The notes beneath the pieces were generated by a model. That model was not told where the DNA came from. It saw nothing but the letters and a program-made list of their open reading frames with translations, and made no database searches. A DNA stretch of 64,000 nt, from assembly GCA_965214405.1 (NCBI GenBank), contig OZ243956.1, positions 2,080,001 to 2,144,000 on the forward strand, in the 5' to 3' direction. The translations under genes were made by a program, and so were the position numbers. The first letter of the stretch is position 1, and every line of letters begins with the position of its first letter. Positions 1 to 9,640 of this stretch are shown here, piece by piece. The DNA comes from Trueperaceae bacterium (GTDB lineage Bacteria; Deinococcota; Deinococci; Deinococcales; Trueperaceae).

Positions 1-1500
1 AGTGTAACCGTGCCCGCGGACGACGTGAACAAGGCCTACGGCGTGATGCTGCAAAGCTTGGGCCGACAGGTCAAGATTCCCGGCTTTCGCCCCGGCAAAG
101 CGCCGCGCGGCGTGGTCGAGGCCAAAATCGGCAAAGACGCGCTCGCGCAGGAGGTGCGTGACGCGCTGGTCGAGACCTACTACCCGCAGGCGGTGCGCGA
201 ATTAGAGCTCGTCCCCGTCCACGCCCACTTCCACGCGCACGAGCCCGTCGAGGGGGAGGATTATTCGTTCGAGGTCGAGGTGGACCTCTACCCCGAGGTC
301 GAGCTTCCAAACTTAGGTGAAATCGTCATTGACAACGAAGCGCCGCAGGTGAGTGATGAGATGATTGCGGAGACCGTCGAGGGACTCCGCCGCGAGAACG
401 CGGTGCTCATCCCCGTGGACCGGCCCGCCGAACCCGGTGACTACGTGCTGGTCGAGTCGCAGGGGACGGGCAGCACCTTGCCCATCGACCTAGAAACCGT
501 GTCCCCGAGCCTGGCCGAGCAGTTTCTGGGCCGGTCCATCGGCGACGCGCTCACGCTCGAGCTTGGCTCTCCGGGTGAAGACGAGGACGACGAGGACACT
601 AAAGACGCTGGGGCGCTCGAGGCGCAATCTGAAACGTCCGAGAACGTAGCTGAAACCGAAGAAGCCGGAGTAGCCGAGACTGAAGAAGTCGAAGCTGGGG
701 CAGAGGTTTCAGAAGACAGGCTCGAGGACTCCGAAAACGACGAAGACGCTATCAACCCGCTCGCCATCGACGTCGTCATCCGCGACATCAAAGCCAAGGA
801 AAAGCCCGAGGTGGGCGACGAGTTCGCTCAGACACTGGGTTTCGACTCCTGGGCGGAGACCGAAACGCAAATTCGCCGGAGCTTGCAAGCGCAGCTCAAC
901 GAAGAAGCCTTTGAGGCGCAGCGCGAAGAGTTTATGGACAAACTTACCGCCGAGAGCGACTTCGACCTGCCCGCAAGCCTCGTGAACCGCCGCAAACGCG
1001 GGTTGTTGGAGAACTTAGCGCGCGACTTGGACGCGCGCGGGATTGCTCTTAGGAACTATTTGGAAGAATTGGACGAAAAGGGTAACCGGGACGCGTTCGA
1101 GGTCGAACTCGACGAGGCGGCGCGCAACGCGGTCAAGCGCGACCTCGTGTTGGAAAAGCTCATGGAGGTGCGCGGCACAGCCCTCTCTGACGAAGAATTC
1201 TCCGCGGCCCTTCGCGCGCTCGCGCAGTACCGGGAAACGGACGCAACCAAACTGCGGCGTGACCTTGGCGAGGATGGCCTGACCAACTACCGCTTCATGC
1301 TCACTAGAGACAAAGCGGTGCGTGAGACGGTGCTCGAGCTTTTGGGGGCGGGGCTTGAGGCGAACGACGGAGCTACGGATGAGACTTCCGCCCAGCCGGA
1401 CGCCGCAGACGCAGCGGACGACGCCATGACGGATACAAATATGGAGGACGCAAACACAGAGAACACGAACGCCGCCGCAGAAGAACCACGGGGCGCGTGA
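1..1500 (+). CDS. tig: Trigger factor (5' end lies outside the window)
   Basis: Ribosome-binding signature KIPGFRPGKAP; directly upstream of clpP-clpX; the frame is open to base 1. Confidence 0.95.
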   Translation, partial: SVTVPADDVNKAYGVMLQSLGRQVKIPGFRPGKAPRGVVEAKIGKDALAQEVRDALVETYYPQAVRELELVPVHAHFHAHEPVEGEDYSFEVEVDLYPEVELPNLGEIVIDNEAPQVSDEMIAETVEGLRRENAVLIPVDRPAEPGDYVLVESQGTGSTLPIDLETVSPSLAEQFLGRSIGDALTLELGSPGEDEDDEDTKDAGALEAQSETSENVAETEEAGVAETEEVEAGAEVSEDRLEDSENDEDAINPLAIDVVIRDIKAKEKPEVGDEFAQTLGFDSWAETETQIRRSLQAQLNEEAFEAQREEFMDKLTAESDFDLPASLVNRRKRGLLENLARDLDARGIALRNYLEELDEKGNRDAFEVELDEAARNAVKRDLVLEKLMEVRGTALSDEEFSAALRALAQYRETDATKLRRDLGEDGLTNYRFMLTRDKAVRETVLELLGAGLEANDGATDETSAQPDAADAADDAMTDTNMEDANTENTNAAAEEPRGA

Positions 1501-1563
1501 GTTCTATAACGTTACGACGGGGTATAGCGCGTCATACTTGGGCTTGCAAGGAGGATTAACAAC

Positions 1564-2193
1564 ATGTCACTTGTACCTTATGTGATCGAACAGACGGGCC
1601 GCGGCGAGAGGATGTACGACGTCTACAGCCGCTTGCTCAAGGAGCGCATTATTTTCTTGGGCACGCCCATTAACTCAGACGTCGCCAACGTGCTCGTCGC
1701 GCAGCTCCTGCTGCTCGATTCGCAGTCCAACGAGCAGCCCATCCAAATTTATATCAACTGCCCGGGCGGCGAGGTTTACGCAGGTTTAGCTATCTACGAC
1801 ACCATGCAGCACATCAACGCGCCCATCAGCACCATCTGTGTAGGCATGGCGATGTCGTTTGGCTCGGTTATCCTGATGGCGGGCGACAAGGGACGGCGCT
1901 TCGCGCTGCCGCACTCGCGCGTGATGATCCACCAGGGCTCCTCGGGCTTTCGCGGCAACACGCCCGACGTCGAGATTCAGGCGCGCGAAATCCTCCACCT
2001 GCGCGACGTGATGGCCGAACTCTACGAAAAACACACCACCCAAGACCGCGACAAGGTCTTAAAAGACATGGAGCGCGACTATTTCATGGCCCCCAATGAA
2101 GCGCGCGACTACGGCATCATCGACGAAGTGATCAGCCCCCGGCAGACGCTGCCGCTGCCCCCGCTTAGCGAGGGGTCGGACGAGGACTTTTAG
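1564..2193 (+). CDS. clpP: ATP-dependent Clp protease proteolytic subunit
   Basis: DVYSRLLKERIIFLG, YINCPGG, AMSFGS and VMIHQ motifs; AGGAGG RBS. Confidence 0.97.
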   Translation: MSLVPYVIEQTGRGERMYDVYSRLLKERIIFLGTPINSDVANVLVAQLLLLDSQSNEQPIQIYINCPGGEVYAGLAIYDTMQHINAPISTICVGMAMSFGSVILMAGDKGRRFALPHSRVMIHQGSSGFRGNTPDVEIQAREILHLRDVMAELYEKHTTQDRDKVLKDMERDYFMAPNEARDYGIIDEVISPRQTLPLPPLSEGSDEDF

Positions 2194-3396
2194 GTGCCCT
2201 TACCCCGCTGTAACTTTTGTGGTCGCACGCACCACGAGGTCAAACATTTGGTCGCCGCGGAAAACGGCGTGACGCATATCTGCAACGACTGCGTCGGGCG
2301 CATCGCCGAGGTGCTGGACAGAACCAGGGCCAAGGTCCCCACCCCCACGCGGCTGCCCAGCCCGCGCGAAATCAAGGCGCACTTAGACGCCTACGTCATC
2401 GAGCAAGACGAGGCCAAACGCACGCTCGCGGTCGCGGTTTTTAACCATTACCGCCGCCTCCAGTACCCCCACGCAGAGCTGCAAAAGGCCAACATCTTGC
2501 TCGTCGGGCCGTCAGGCACCGGCAAGACGCTGCTGGCTCAGACGCTCGCCGGATTTCTCGACGTGCCCTTCGCCATCGCCGACGCCACCACCCTGACCGA
2601 AGCGGGGTATGTGGGCGACGACGTCGAAAACATCATCTTGCGCCTCCTCCAAACCGCCGACTACGACGTGGCGAACGCCGAGCGCGGCATCATCTACATC
2701 GACGAAATCGACAAGATCGCGCGCAAGGCCGAGGGCGTGTCCATTACCCGCGACGTGTCGGGCGAGGGCGTGCAGCAGGCGCTTCTGAAGATGATCGAGG
2801 GCACGGTCACGCACGTGCCGCCGCAAGGGGGGCGCAAGCACCCGCACCAGGAACTCATCGCGGTGGACACCTCGAACATTCTCTTTATCTGCGGCGGCGC
2901 GTTTGAGGGGATTGGCGACATCGTCCGCAACCGCGTGGACGTGTCCAAAGTCGGCTTTCACCACGCCGCCTACCAAAATGGCGCGGCGGACGCGGAGCGC
3001 GCGGACATCCTCCCCGAGGATTTGATGAAGTTCGGCCTCATCCCCGAACTCATCGGGCGGCTCGCGGTCACGGTGCGGCTGCACGACCTCAGCTTAGAGG
3101 CGCTTGTGGACGTGCTGACCGAGCCCAAAAACGCGCTCGTCAAGCAGTACCAAACGCTCTTTTCATTGGAAGGCGTGACGCTCTCGTTTGAGGAAGCCGC
3201 GCTTTACGAGGTGGCGCGGCGCGCGCAGACGCGTAAGACAGGGGCGCGGGGCTTAAGGTCGGTGTTGGAGAAGACGCTGCTCGAGCTCATGTTCGAGGTG
3301 CCCGGCAGCGACGTGAGCAATATGGTCATCAGCCCCGACGTTTTAGACGAGCCGCTTTTGGCCTTGGAGCGCGCAGCAAGGCGTAAAACAGCTTAG
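2194..3396 (+). CDS. clpX: Clp protease ATP-binding subunit ClpX
   Basis: C4 zinc finger (CNFC..CNDC), Walker [31 protein letters not shown] loop. Confidence 0.97.
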   Translation: MPLPRCNFCGRTHHEVKHLVAAENGVTHICNDCVGRIAEVLDRTRAKVPTPTRLPSPREIKAHLDAYVIEQDEAKRTLAVAVFNHYRRLQYPHAELQKANILLVGPSGTGKTLLAQTLAGFLDVPFAIADATTLTEAGYVGDDVENIILRLLQTADYDVANAERGIIYIDEIDKIARKAEGVSITRDVSGEGVQQALLKMIEGTVTHVPPQGGRKHPHQELIAVDTSNILFICGGAFEGIGDIVRNRVDVSKVGFHHAAYQNGAADAERADILPEDLMKFGLIPELIGRLAVTVRLHDLSLEALVDVLTEPKNALVKQYQTLFSLEGVTLSFEEAALYEVARRAQTRKTGARGLRSVLEKTLLELMFEVPGSDVSNMVISPDVLDEPLLALERAARRKTA

Positions 3397-3475
3397 AGTA
3401 GGTCTGGACTTGTGGTCTTTGGGCGAACAGCTCAGAGGCTTTTTTGTGCATTTGTAAGCGTTACACGAAGACGCA

Positions 3476-4612
3476 TTACGCGGCGTAGAGGCGGCAGCGT
3501 TCTACTACTTCGGCAAAGCTCGAGGCCGCGTAGTCGAGCGCCTCCCTGGTCAAGCCGCGACCGAGGGAGAAGCGGACGCTCGAGCGCGCCCTTTCCTCAC
3601 TCAAACCCATCGCCAGGAGCACATGAGAGGGCTCCAGGGTGCCCGCGGCGCAAGCCGAGCCCGCGCTCGCCGCTACGCCCGCGCGGTCCAGACCCATGAG
3701 CAGCGCCTCGCCGTCCACGCCCGCGACCGAGACGTTGAGGTGCTTGGGGCCTCGCGGCGCGCCCGCGCCGTTGACGGTAACGTCGCCGACCTTGAGGAGT
3801 TGGGTTTCTAAATAATCACGATTGGCGGCAATCTCCACCGCGTCCTCTTCTAAACGTGCGTGAGCGAGTTCGGCGGCGGCCCCCATACCGACGATGGCAG
3901 GTACGTTGAGCGTCCCCGCGCGGCGTCCCCGCTCCTGCTCGCCGCCCAAAAGGAAGGGGGGTAACGTAAGCCCTTCGCGCACGTAGAGCACGCCAACCCC
4001 CTTGGGACCGTAGACTTTATGACCTGACAAACTCAGCATGTCCACCTCGAGCGCCCGCACGTCCACCTTCAGCGTCCCAAACGCCTGCACCGCGTCGCAA
4101 AAAAGGAGCGCGCCCGCCTCGTGAACGATGTTGCTGATAGCGGGAATATCGTTCACGACGCCCGTTTCATTGTTGACAAGCATGAGTGAGGCGAGTTGAG
4201 TATCAGGCTGTAAAGCTTCCCGCACGGCCTCCGGCCTAACCTCTCCCCTATGGTTGGGCTGCACGTAAGAAACCGCGTGACCTAAACTTTCTAGATACTT
4301 CGCCGTCGTCAGCACGGCGGCGTGCTCCAAGAGACTCGTTAGGAGGGGACCCGCGTGCGCGCGCAACGCGTGGTTGTCCGCCTCAGTTGCGCCCGAAGTG
4401 AAAATAACCTCTTGTGGGAGCGCCCCAATGGCCGCCGCCACCCGCTCGCGCGCCTCCTCGACCGCCCGCCGCGCCCGCTGGCCCGCCGCGTGCAGGCTCG
4501 AGGGGTTGCCAAACCCATCCGTCAAATGGGGCATCATCGCCTCCAGTACGAGCGGCTCGAGCGGCGTCGTGGCTGCGTAATCTAGATAAACATGGTCGAA
4601 ATGGGCGGGCAC
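3476..4612 (-). CDS. iscS: Cysteine desulfurase (IscS/NifS family)
   Basis: YLDYAATTP, PLP-lysine motif SGHKVYGPKG, catalytic Cys in GSAC. Confidence 0.9.
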   Translation of the reverse strand: MPAHFDHVYLDYAATTPLEPLVLEAMMPHLTDGFGNPSSLHAAGQRARRAVEEARERVAAAIGALPQEVIFTSGATEADNHALRAHAGPLLTSLLEHAAVLTTAKYLESLGHAVSYVQPNHRGEVRPEAVREALQPDTQLASLMLVNNETGVVNDIPAISNIVHEAGALLFCDAVQAFGTLKVDVRALEVDMLSLSGHKVYGPKGVGVLYVREGLTLPPFLLGGEQERGRRAGTLNVPAIVGMGAAAELAHARLEEDAVEIAANRDYLETQLLKVGDVTVNGAGAPRGPKHLNVSVAGVDGEALLMGLDRAGVAASAGSACAAGTLEPSHVLLAMGLSEERARSSVRFSLGRGLTREALDYAASSFAEVVERCRLYAA

Positions 4613-4787
4613 GGCAAAACCTCATTAAGACTAGAGAGCATTAAAGCTGGGCTGCATTTGTTGCTAGGTAACGTGACTAATTTGAGAGACACCGCCCCTC
4701 ACGCTTTAAGATTAGATGCTACGTTCAGTATTCTTGCGTTACTGCGCAGAGGCGAGAACCCAATGCCAACAAAAATTACAATGAAAC

Positions 4788-5237
4788 CTAATTGGAGGAC
4801 GCGAAGTGGCTCGGCAGGGGCTCGAGCTGCAAAAGGTGCCGTTCAGCGACCAAGTCGGCCAGGGTGGTCTCGCGGAGTACGCTCCTGACCGCCTCGTCCA
4901 CGCGTCGCCAGAGCGCTTCGGTCGAGCAGTTGCCGGTCCGGTCGCAGGCGTCGGCGGAGTCGATACAGTCCACCGGGGCGACGCTGCCTTCCATAAGTTC
5001 GACCACCTCGAGCGCGCTCACCTCGTGCGGGGGCCGCGCCAGACGGTAGCCGCCGTAGGCTCCTCGCACCGACTCGACGATGTCCGCGCGGCGTAGCGGG
5101 GCAACGATCTGCTCGAGGTAGTGCTGAGAGATGTTCTGCCGCTCCGCCACCACCTTGAGGCTAGTGGGCTCATCGCCACCCAAAGCGATTTCGACCAGTG
5201 CCCGCATCCCGTACTGTGCTCTCGTTGACACCCACAT
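4788..5237 (-). CDS. Rrf2 family transcriptional regulator (IscR/CymR-like) retaining three Cys
   Basis: ISQHYLEQI and SVRGAYGGYRLA motifs; C-x6-C-x5-C; upstream of the cysteine desulfurase. Confidence 0.92.
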   Translation of the reverse strand: MWVSTRAQYGMRALVEIALGGDEPTSLKVVAERQNISQHYLEQIVAPLRRADIVESVRGAYGGYRLARPPHEVSALEVVELMEGSVAPVDCIDSADACDRTGNCSTEALWRRVDEAVRSVLRETTLADLVAERHLLQLEPLPSHFASSN

Positions 5238-5281
5238 AAAAACTCCTTTAACCCAAGCGGCTAAGCCGGGCTTTCTAGGGG

Positions 5282-5309
5282 ATTATAGCAGCTTTCAGGC
5301 CGGGGTCAA
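5282..5309 (-). promoter_or_regulatory. Sigma70-type promoter for the Rrf2-iscS genes
   Basis: Minus strand TTGACC-16 nt-TATAAT with an extended TGn, followed by an AAGGAG RBS. Confidence 0.7.
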
Positions 5310-5468
5310 GAAAACTAGGAATGATTCCGAGATGAGTTTAGCTTCTCGGGGCCGTGCTCGGAAGTTTGTGGAGGACGACCTGATAAAGGTTTTCTCGAGG
5401 TATACGACTGCTCCGTTACCAACGAGAGCGAAGGGGAAACCGGGCTTGAACCCGGCGCGTGCGTGTCC

Positions 5469-5837
5469 CTAGAGCTGCGTGCGCGCCAGCGCGACGAGGT
5501 GGCTTGGCCGGAACGGCTTGTGGAGTTGTGTAACGCCTGCGCCGCCCCCCGAACCGCCCTCCGCGCTATCCGCCGAAGCGTCGTCTCTGGCCCGGAGCAC
5601 AATAAGGGGGATGCCCGCCGTGCGCGCGTCGCTATTGAGGCGGGCCACGACGCCCTCTTCGCCCGACTTGGTCATCCGTTCGTCGATAATAATGAGGTTG
5701 GGAGGACACTCGAGGGCCGCCGCGACGCCCCCCTCCAAGGTGGCCGCCGTGCAGACCTCCAGGCCCTCTCGAGCGAACTTCTGCTCGAGCAGCCCTAAAA
5801 GGGTCGGTTCATCGTCGATAATCAGCACCCTACGCAT
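5469..5837 (-). CDS. Single-domain response regulator (receiver)
   Basis: VLIIDDE, LIIID and KPF receiver motifs. Confidence 0.8.
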   Translation of the reverse strand: MRRVLIIDDEPTLLGLLEQKFAREGLEVCTAATLEGGVAAALECPPNLIIIDERMTKSGEEGVVARLNSDARTAGIPLIVLRARDDASADSAEGGSGGGAGVTQLHKPFRPSHLVALARTQL

Positions 5838-6062
5838 TTGTAAGAGTTTACTCGAGGCGCGCGGAACCGTCTGTGCGCGTTGCCCGGCGAGTGGAAAAGT
5901 TCACGAGCACCCCGTTTGAACGCGCGAAATTAGAAACTTCCTCTTCAAGTGTGAGGGGGGAGCGGAGGCGACGGGGAGGTGGGGGAAAACCAAAAGCCTC
6001 TGTTCTCTATCTCCCGCCTCCCCAATCCGTCAAAACCGGATGAACCACCGATCCAAGATGAA

Positions 6063-7139
6063 TCACGGCAGGTACCCCAGCGGGTCCACCACGCGCCCAT
6101 CAAAGCGTAACTCGAAATGTAGGTGCGGCCCCGTCGAAGCGCCCGTGCTACCGACCCTACCTACGGGGTCGCCCTGCTGAACGCGCACGCCGGGGACGAC
6201 GAGAACCTGGCTCAAGTGCGCGTAGCGCGTGCTGCTCCCGTCGCCGTGGTCGATGAAAACCGCGTTTCCGTACACGCGACCGGCCGGACCCGCGCGCGTG
6301 ACCACGCCGTCTCTCGCCGCCGCGACGGGCGTACCGGGGGGCGCGGCGAGGTCTAGGCCTGTATGAAAGGTGTTGCCCAAAACGGATACGTTGCGGGGAC
6401 CGAAGCGTGACGAGATGCGCGCGCCGCTGAGCGGCCACGCGTAACCCTGGAGGGCGGGTTTGAAGGTCTCGAGCAGCACCGGCGCGCGCGCCAGCAGCGC
6501 TTTTTGTTGGGTCAAGAGACTCGCGCGGCGTTGCTCCAGGGTCGGCGTTGTTGCCTGGGAGGTGGGGGGCTCGAGCCCATTTGTGGATACGAGGTAAAGG
6601 GCGCGTCCCTCCGCCACATCTTTGGGGTCATCAAGGCCGTTCACTTGCATGAGCGTCGAGGGCGAGAGGCCGTGAGAGAGCGCCAAGGTCAGAACGGTGT
6701 CCCCCGGCCCCATCACCACGACCTCCCCTCCGGCGGGAGGAATCCGCAGCGTCGCCCCCGGCGGGATGGGCGCGTCGTAAAACGCGGGATTGACCGCGCG
6801 CAGCGCCGCCTCGCTCACCCCAAAGCGGTTGGCGATACCGGAAAGCGTGTCGCCCGCGGCCACGGTGTAACGCTCAAAGCTTTCCGGCAACGCGTCTTCA
6901 CGCGCCCCCACGCGCAGCACCTGACCGGCGCGGATGTTTGTTCCCGTCAGTGCATTCAGCGTTTGAAGCGTTTCCACCGTCACGTCAAAACGCGCGGCAA
7001 TGCGGGTAAGCGTGTCGCCCGAGACCACCGTGTAAGTCTGGGGTGTCTGGGCTAAGCTCGAGCCCAAAAACAAGAAAAGGGCGGCGAGACTCGCCGCCCT
7101 CAGCGTTATGCTTGTTCTGGTTAACGCTGCGCCGGGCAC
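6063..7139 (-). CDS. LysM-repeat M23 family peptidoglycan endopeptidase
   Basis: Signal peptide, three LysM-like repeats, HTGLD and HLHFE Zn motifs. Confidence 0.92.
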   Translation of the reverse strand: MPGAALTRTSITLRAASLAALFLFLGSSLAQTPQTYTVVSGDTLTRIAARFDVTVETLQTLNALTGTNIRAGQVLRVGAREDALPESFERYTVAAGDTLSGIANRFGVSEAALRAVNPAFYDAPIPPGATLRIPPAGGEVVVMGPGDTVLTLALSHGLSPSTLMQVNGLDDPKDVAEGRALYLVSTNGLEPPTSQATTPTLEQRRASLLTQQKALLARAPVLLETFKPALQGYAWPLSGARISSRFGPRNVSVLGNTFHTGLDLAAPPGTPVAAARDGVVTRAGPAGRVYGNAVFIDHGDGSSTRYAHLSQVLVVPGVRVQQGDPVGRVGSTGASTGPHLHFELRFDGRVVDPLGYLP

Positions 7140-7154
7140 AGCCCTACGCTAGCA

Positions 7155-8843
7155 TCACCCCTGACCCAGCGTGGACAAAAATTCCGCATTGGTCTTCGTG
7201 CGGTTTAAGCGCGACAAGAGCATGTCCATCGCCTCGGCGGGGTCCATGTCGGAAATGACTTTGCGCAAGAGCCACATCTTGGCTAAGACCTCTTCGCCCA
7301 GGAGCAGGTCCTCGCGGCGCGTGCCCGATTTGAGGATGTCGATGGCGGGGAAGATGCGCTTTTCTTCCAAGCGTCTGGACAAGTGCAGCTCCATGTTGCC
7401 CGTGCCCTTGAACTCCTCGAAAATCACGTCGTCCATTCTCGAGCCCGTCTCAACCAGCGCGGTCGCCAGAATCGACAAGGAGCCCCCGCCCCGGATGTTT
7501 CGCGCCGCGCCCAAAAAGCGCTTGGGCCAGTGCAGCGCGCTACTGTCGAGACCGCCCGAGAGCGTGCGACCGGTGGGCGGCGTGACGAGGTTGTTTGCCC
7601 GCGCAAGTCGGGTAATCGAGTCGAGCAGAATCATCACGTGACCGCCGTCCTCGACGATGCGACGCGCGCGCTCGTGGACGAATTCGGCCACGCGGATGTG
7701 GTTGGCGGGCGGCTCGTCAAAGGTGCTCGCCACCACCTCGACCCCGGAAACCGACTCGCGGAAGTCGGTCACTTCCTCGGGGCGCTCGTCCACTAAAAGC
7801 ACAATCACTTTGATGTCGGGCTCGTTGGTGATGACCGCGTTGGCGACCTTTTTGAGGAGCGTCGTTTTACCCGCCTTGGGCGGCGCGACAATAAGACCGC
7901 GCTGACCCCGGCCGATGGGGGCCAAGAGGTCGATGACGCGGCTCGAGACCTCATTGGGTTTGGTCTCCAACTTAATGCGCTCTTCCGGGAAGGTCGGCAC
8001 GAGGTCGTCAAAGCGCGGGCGCTTGGCGGCCTGAAAGGGGTCAACGCCGTTAACCGCCTCCACCCGAATGAGCGTGCCGTAGCGCTCATTGTCGCGCGGC
8101 TTGCGCGCTTTACCCAAAATAAAGTCGCCCGTTCGCAGCCTGAACTGTTTAATGAGCCCCGCCGAGACGATGACCGAACGTGTGTCGTTTTGCAGCATCG
8201 ACTCCTGCAAAAAGCCGTAGCCGTCCGAAGAAATCTCTAGGTAGCCGCGCACGAGCCGCAGGCCCTCGCTCTCCGAGGCGCGCTCCAGAACGGCGACCGA
8301 GAGCTCTTCTTTGCTCATCTGCCGGTAGTCCGACAGCCCCACCTCTTTGGCTAGCAAGTGGAGTTCGGGCAGGATTTTGGACTGTAAATCCCGGTAGTTG
8401 AGGCTGCCGCGCCGCCCGTTGTTGCGCCGACCTTGCGAACGGCCTCGCCCCCGCGTGGTGGCGTTCTCGGGCGCGTCTTCGCCTTCGTCCTCGTCCGCTT
8501 CCTCGCTGACGCGTCCCGTCTCACGCACGGGCTGCACCTCGGCGGCTTGGGCGTCGGCTTCTAATGCGTCGTCTCCACCGTCACCTCCGCTGTCATCTCT
8601 ACCGCTATCCTCACGAGAAGATTTGCGACGCCTCGAGGTCTTGCGCCCGCCCTTTTCTCCGGTTTGAGAGTCTTGAGGCTGGGCGTCCTGGGTGCTGGCA
8701 CCGTCAATATTGGGGTCAATTTTGGGGTCAACCTTGGGTTTGCGACCGCTGCCCTTGGGCCGACCTCGCCGTTTGGGCTTCTCGCCCGCGTCGGTGTCGG
8801 TTGCCCCGGCGAAGACCTCGGCGTCCGCCGCCTTGGCGCTCAC
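7155..8843 (-). CDS. rho: Transcription termination factor Rho with long N-terminal low-complexity extension
   Basis: DGYGFL, APPKAGKT, DERPEEVTD, GRTLSGG and FKGTGNMEL motifs. Confidence 0.97.
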   Translation of the reverse strand: MSAKAADAEVFAGATDTDAGEKPKRRGRPKGSGRKPKVDPKIDPNIDGASTQDAQPQDSQTGEKGGRKTSRRRKSSREDSGRDDSGGDGGDDALEADAQAAEVQPVRETGRVSEEADEDEGEDAPENATTRGRGRSQGRRNNGRRGSLNYRDLQSKILPELHLLAKEVGLSDYRQMSKEELSVAVLERASESEGLRLVRGYLEISSDGYGFLQESMLQNDTRSVIVSAGLIKQFRLRTGDFILGKARKPRDNERYGTLIRVEAVNGVDPFQAAKRPRFDDLVPTFPEERIKLETKPNEVSSRVIDLLAPIGRGQRGLIVAPPKAGKTTLLKKVANAVITNEPDIKVIVLLVDERPEEVTDFRESVSGVEVVASTFDEPPANHIRVAEFVHERARRIVEDGGHVMILLDSITRLARANNLVTPPTGRTLSGGLDSSALHWPKRFLGAARNIRGGGSLSILATALVETGSRMDDVIFEEFKGTGNMELHLSRRLEEKRIFPAIDILKSGTRREDLLLGEEVLAKMWLLRKVISDMDPAEAMDMLLSRLNRTKTNAEFLSTLGQG

Positions 8844-8920
8844 GCGCTCGCCCCCGCTTTGGCGTTAGCCTCCACCGTGACCTCTACCGTGACTCGAGAA
8901 AAAACGATACGAAAAATCAT
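8840..8920 (-). CDS. Putative 26-aa leader ORF coupled to rho (MIFRIVFSRVTVEVTVEANAKAGASA)
   Basis: AGGAG RBS just before the ATG; its TGA overlaps the rho GTG (GTGA); below the ORF-track length cutoff. Confidence 0.5.
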   Translation of the reverse strand: MIFRIVFSRVTVEVTVEANAKAGASA

Positions 8921-9215
8921 AAAAACGCTCCTGACGTTGTTGTAATGGACCTGTGCTGCCCCGGATAGTTACGTGTTTCTTTAGGATAACTCATTACCAG
9001 CCTTTAGGGTAGAGGGTAAAAGTCCCAGAGACCCCGTGACCCTCGTTTGTGCTTTGGCCCCCTCTAACATGCACGGGGTGCAACCTGCGCGCCGCACTCG
9101 CCTAAACCTTGCCGCCCTCTAAGGTTCTGCTATAAAGTTTCACATAGCCAAATATAGGGTCACGCGTGGCGGATTGTTAGCGGGAGTGCAGCAAAGACCT
9201 TGGTTAGCAAGTCTC

Positions 9216-9244
9216 TTGACTCTCTTATGGCCTGCTGCTAGTCT
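9216..9244 (+). promoter_or_regulatory. Promoter for the T-box/ileS transcript
   Basis: TTGACT-17 nt-TAGTCT with TGn extension. Confidence 0.65.
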
Positions 9245-9297
9245 CTAGTATATGCAGGTTTGCAAGGAGATGTAAAGCAGCCCTGCGACAAAAGCTC

Positions 9298-9579
9298 AAA
9301 GGCTATGACGGGAACGAGTAACCCAGGCCCCAGTGCATCAGCGAGTCGAGGACGGTGAGAGCTCGGCCCCATGACCAGGGCGAACATCCTCCTCGAGCCG
9401 CGTTGCCAAAGGTTCTAGAGAACCCAGTAGACAACGCCGCGCGCCGCGCGTGACAGCGGCAGGCTATCTCGGAAGTTGTGTAAGCCCGATGTAGCCAAGA
9501 GGTCAGCCCCGCGAGGCGCTGATGAAATTGGGTGGTACCACGCTTTAGCGTCCCAATGCCTAACGTTGGGGCGTTTTTT
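9298..9579 (+). promoter_or_regulatory. T-box riboswitch (Ile specifier AUC)
   Basis: Stem I motifs (AGTA, AGCGAG..GGTGAGA); GAAC-ATC specifier at 9386-9388; T-box AATTGGGTGGTACCACGC at 9526-9543; upstream of ileS. Confidence 0.92.
9548..9579 (+). terminator. Intrinsic terminator of the T-box leader
   Basis: Hairpin CGTCCCAA..TTGGGGCG followed by TTTTTT, overlapping the antiterminator. Confidence 0.8.
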
Positions 9580-9640
9580 GTTGGCCCCAGGAGGGTTCAT
9601 CTCGTCACAAAAAGATGAGCCTCCAGGATGGAGGGTGACG

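Noticed and set aside
4613..4787. AT-rich spacer between Rrf2 and iscS, considered as a MITE or sRNA
   Set aside because: No terminal inverted repeats, target duplication or recognisable structure found
9476..9640. N-terminal extension of the ileS ORF in the track
   Set aside because: It overlaps the T-box and terminator; the RBS-preceded ATG is at 9641
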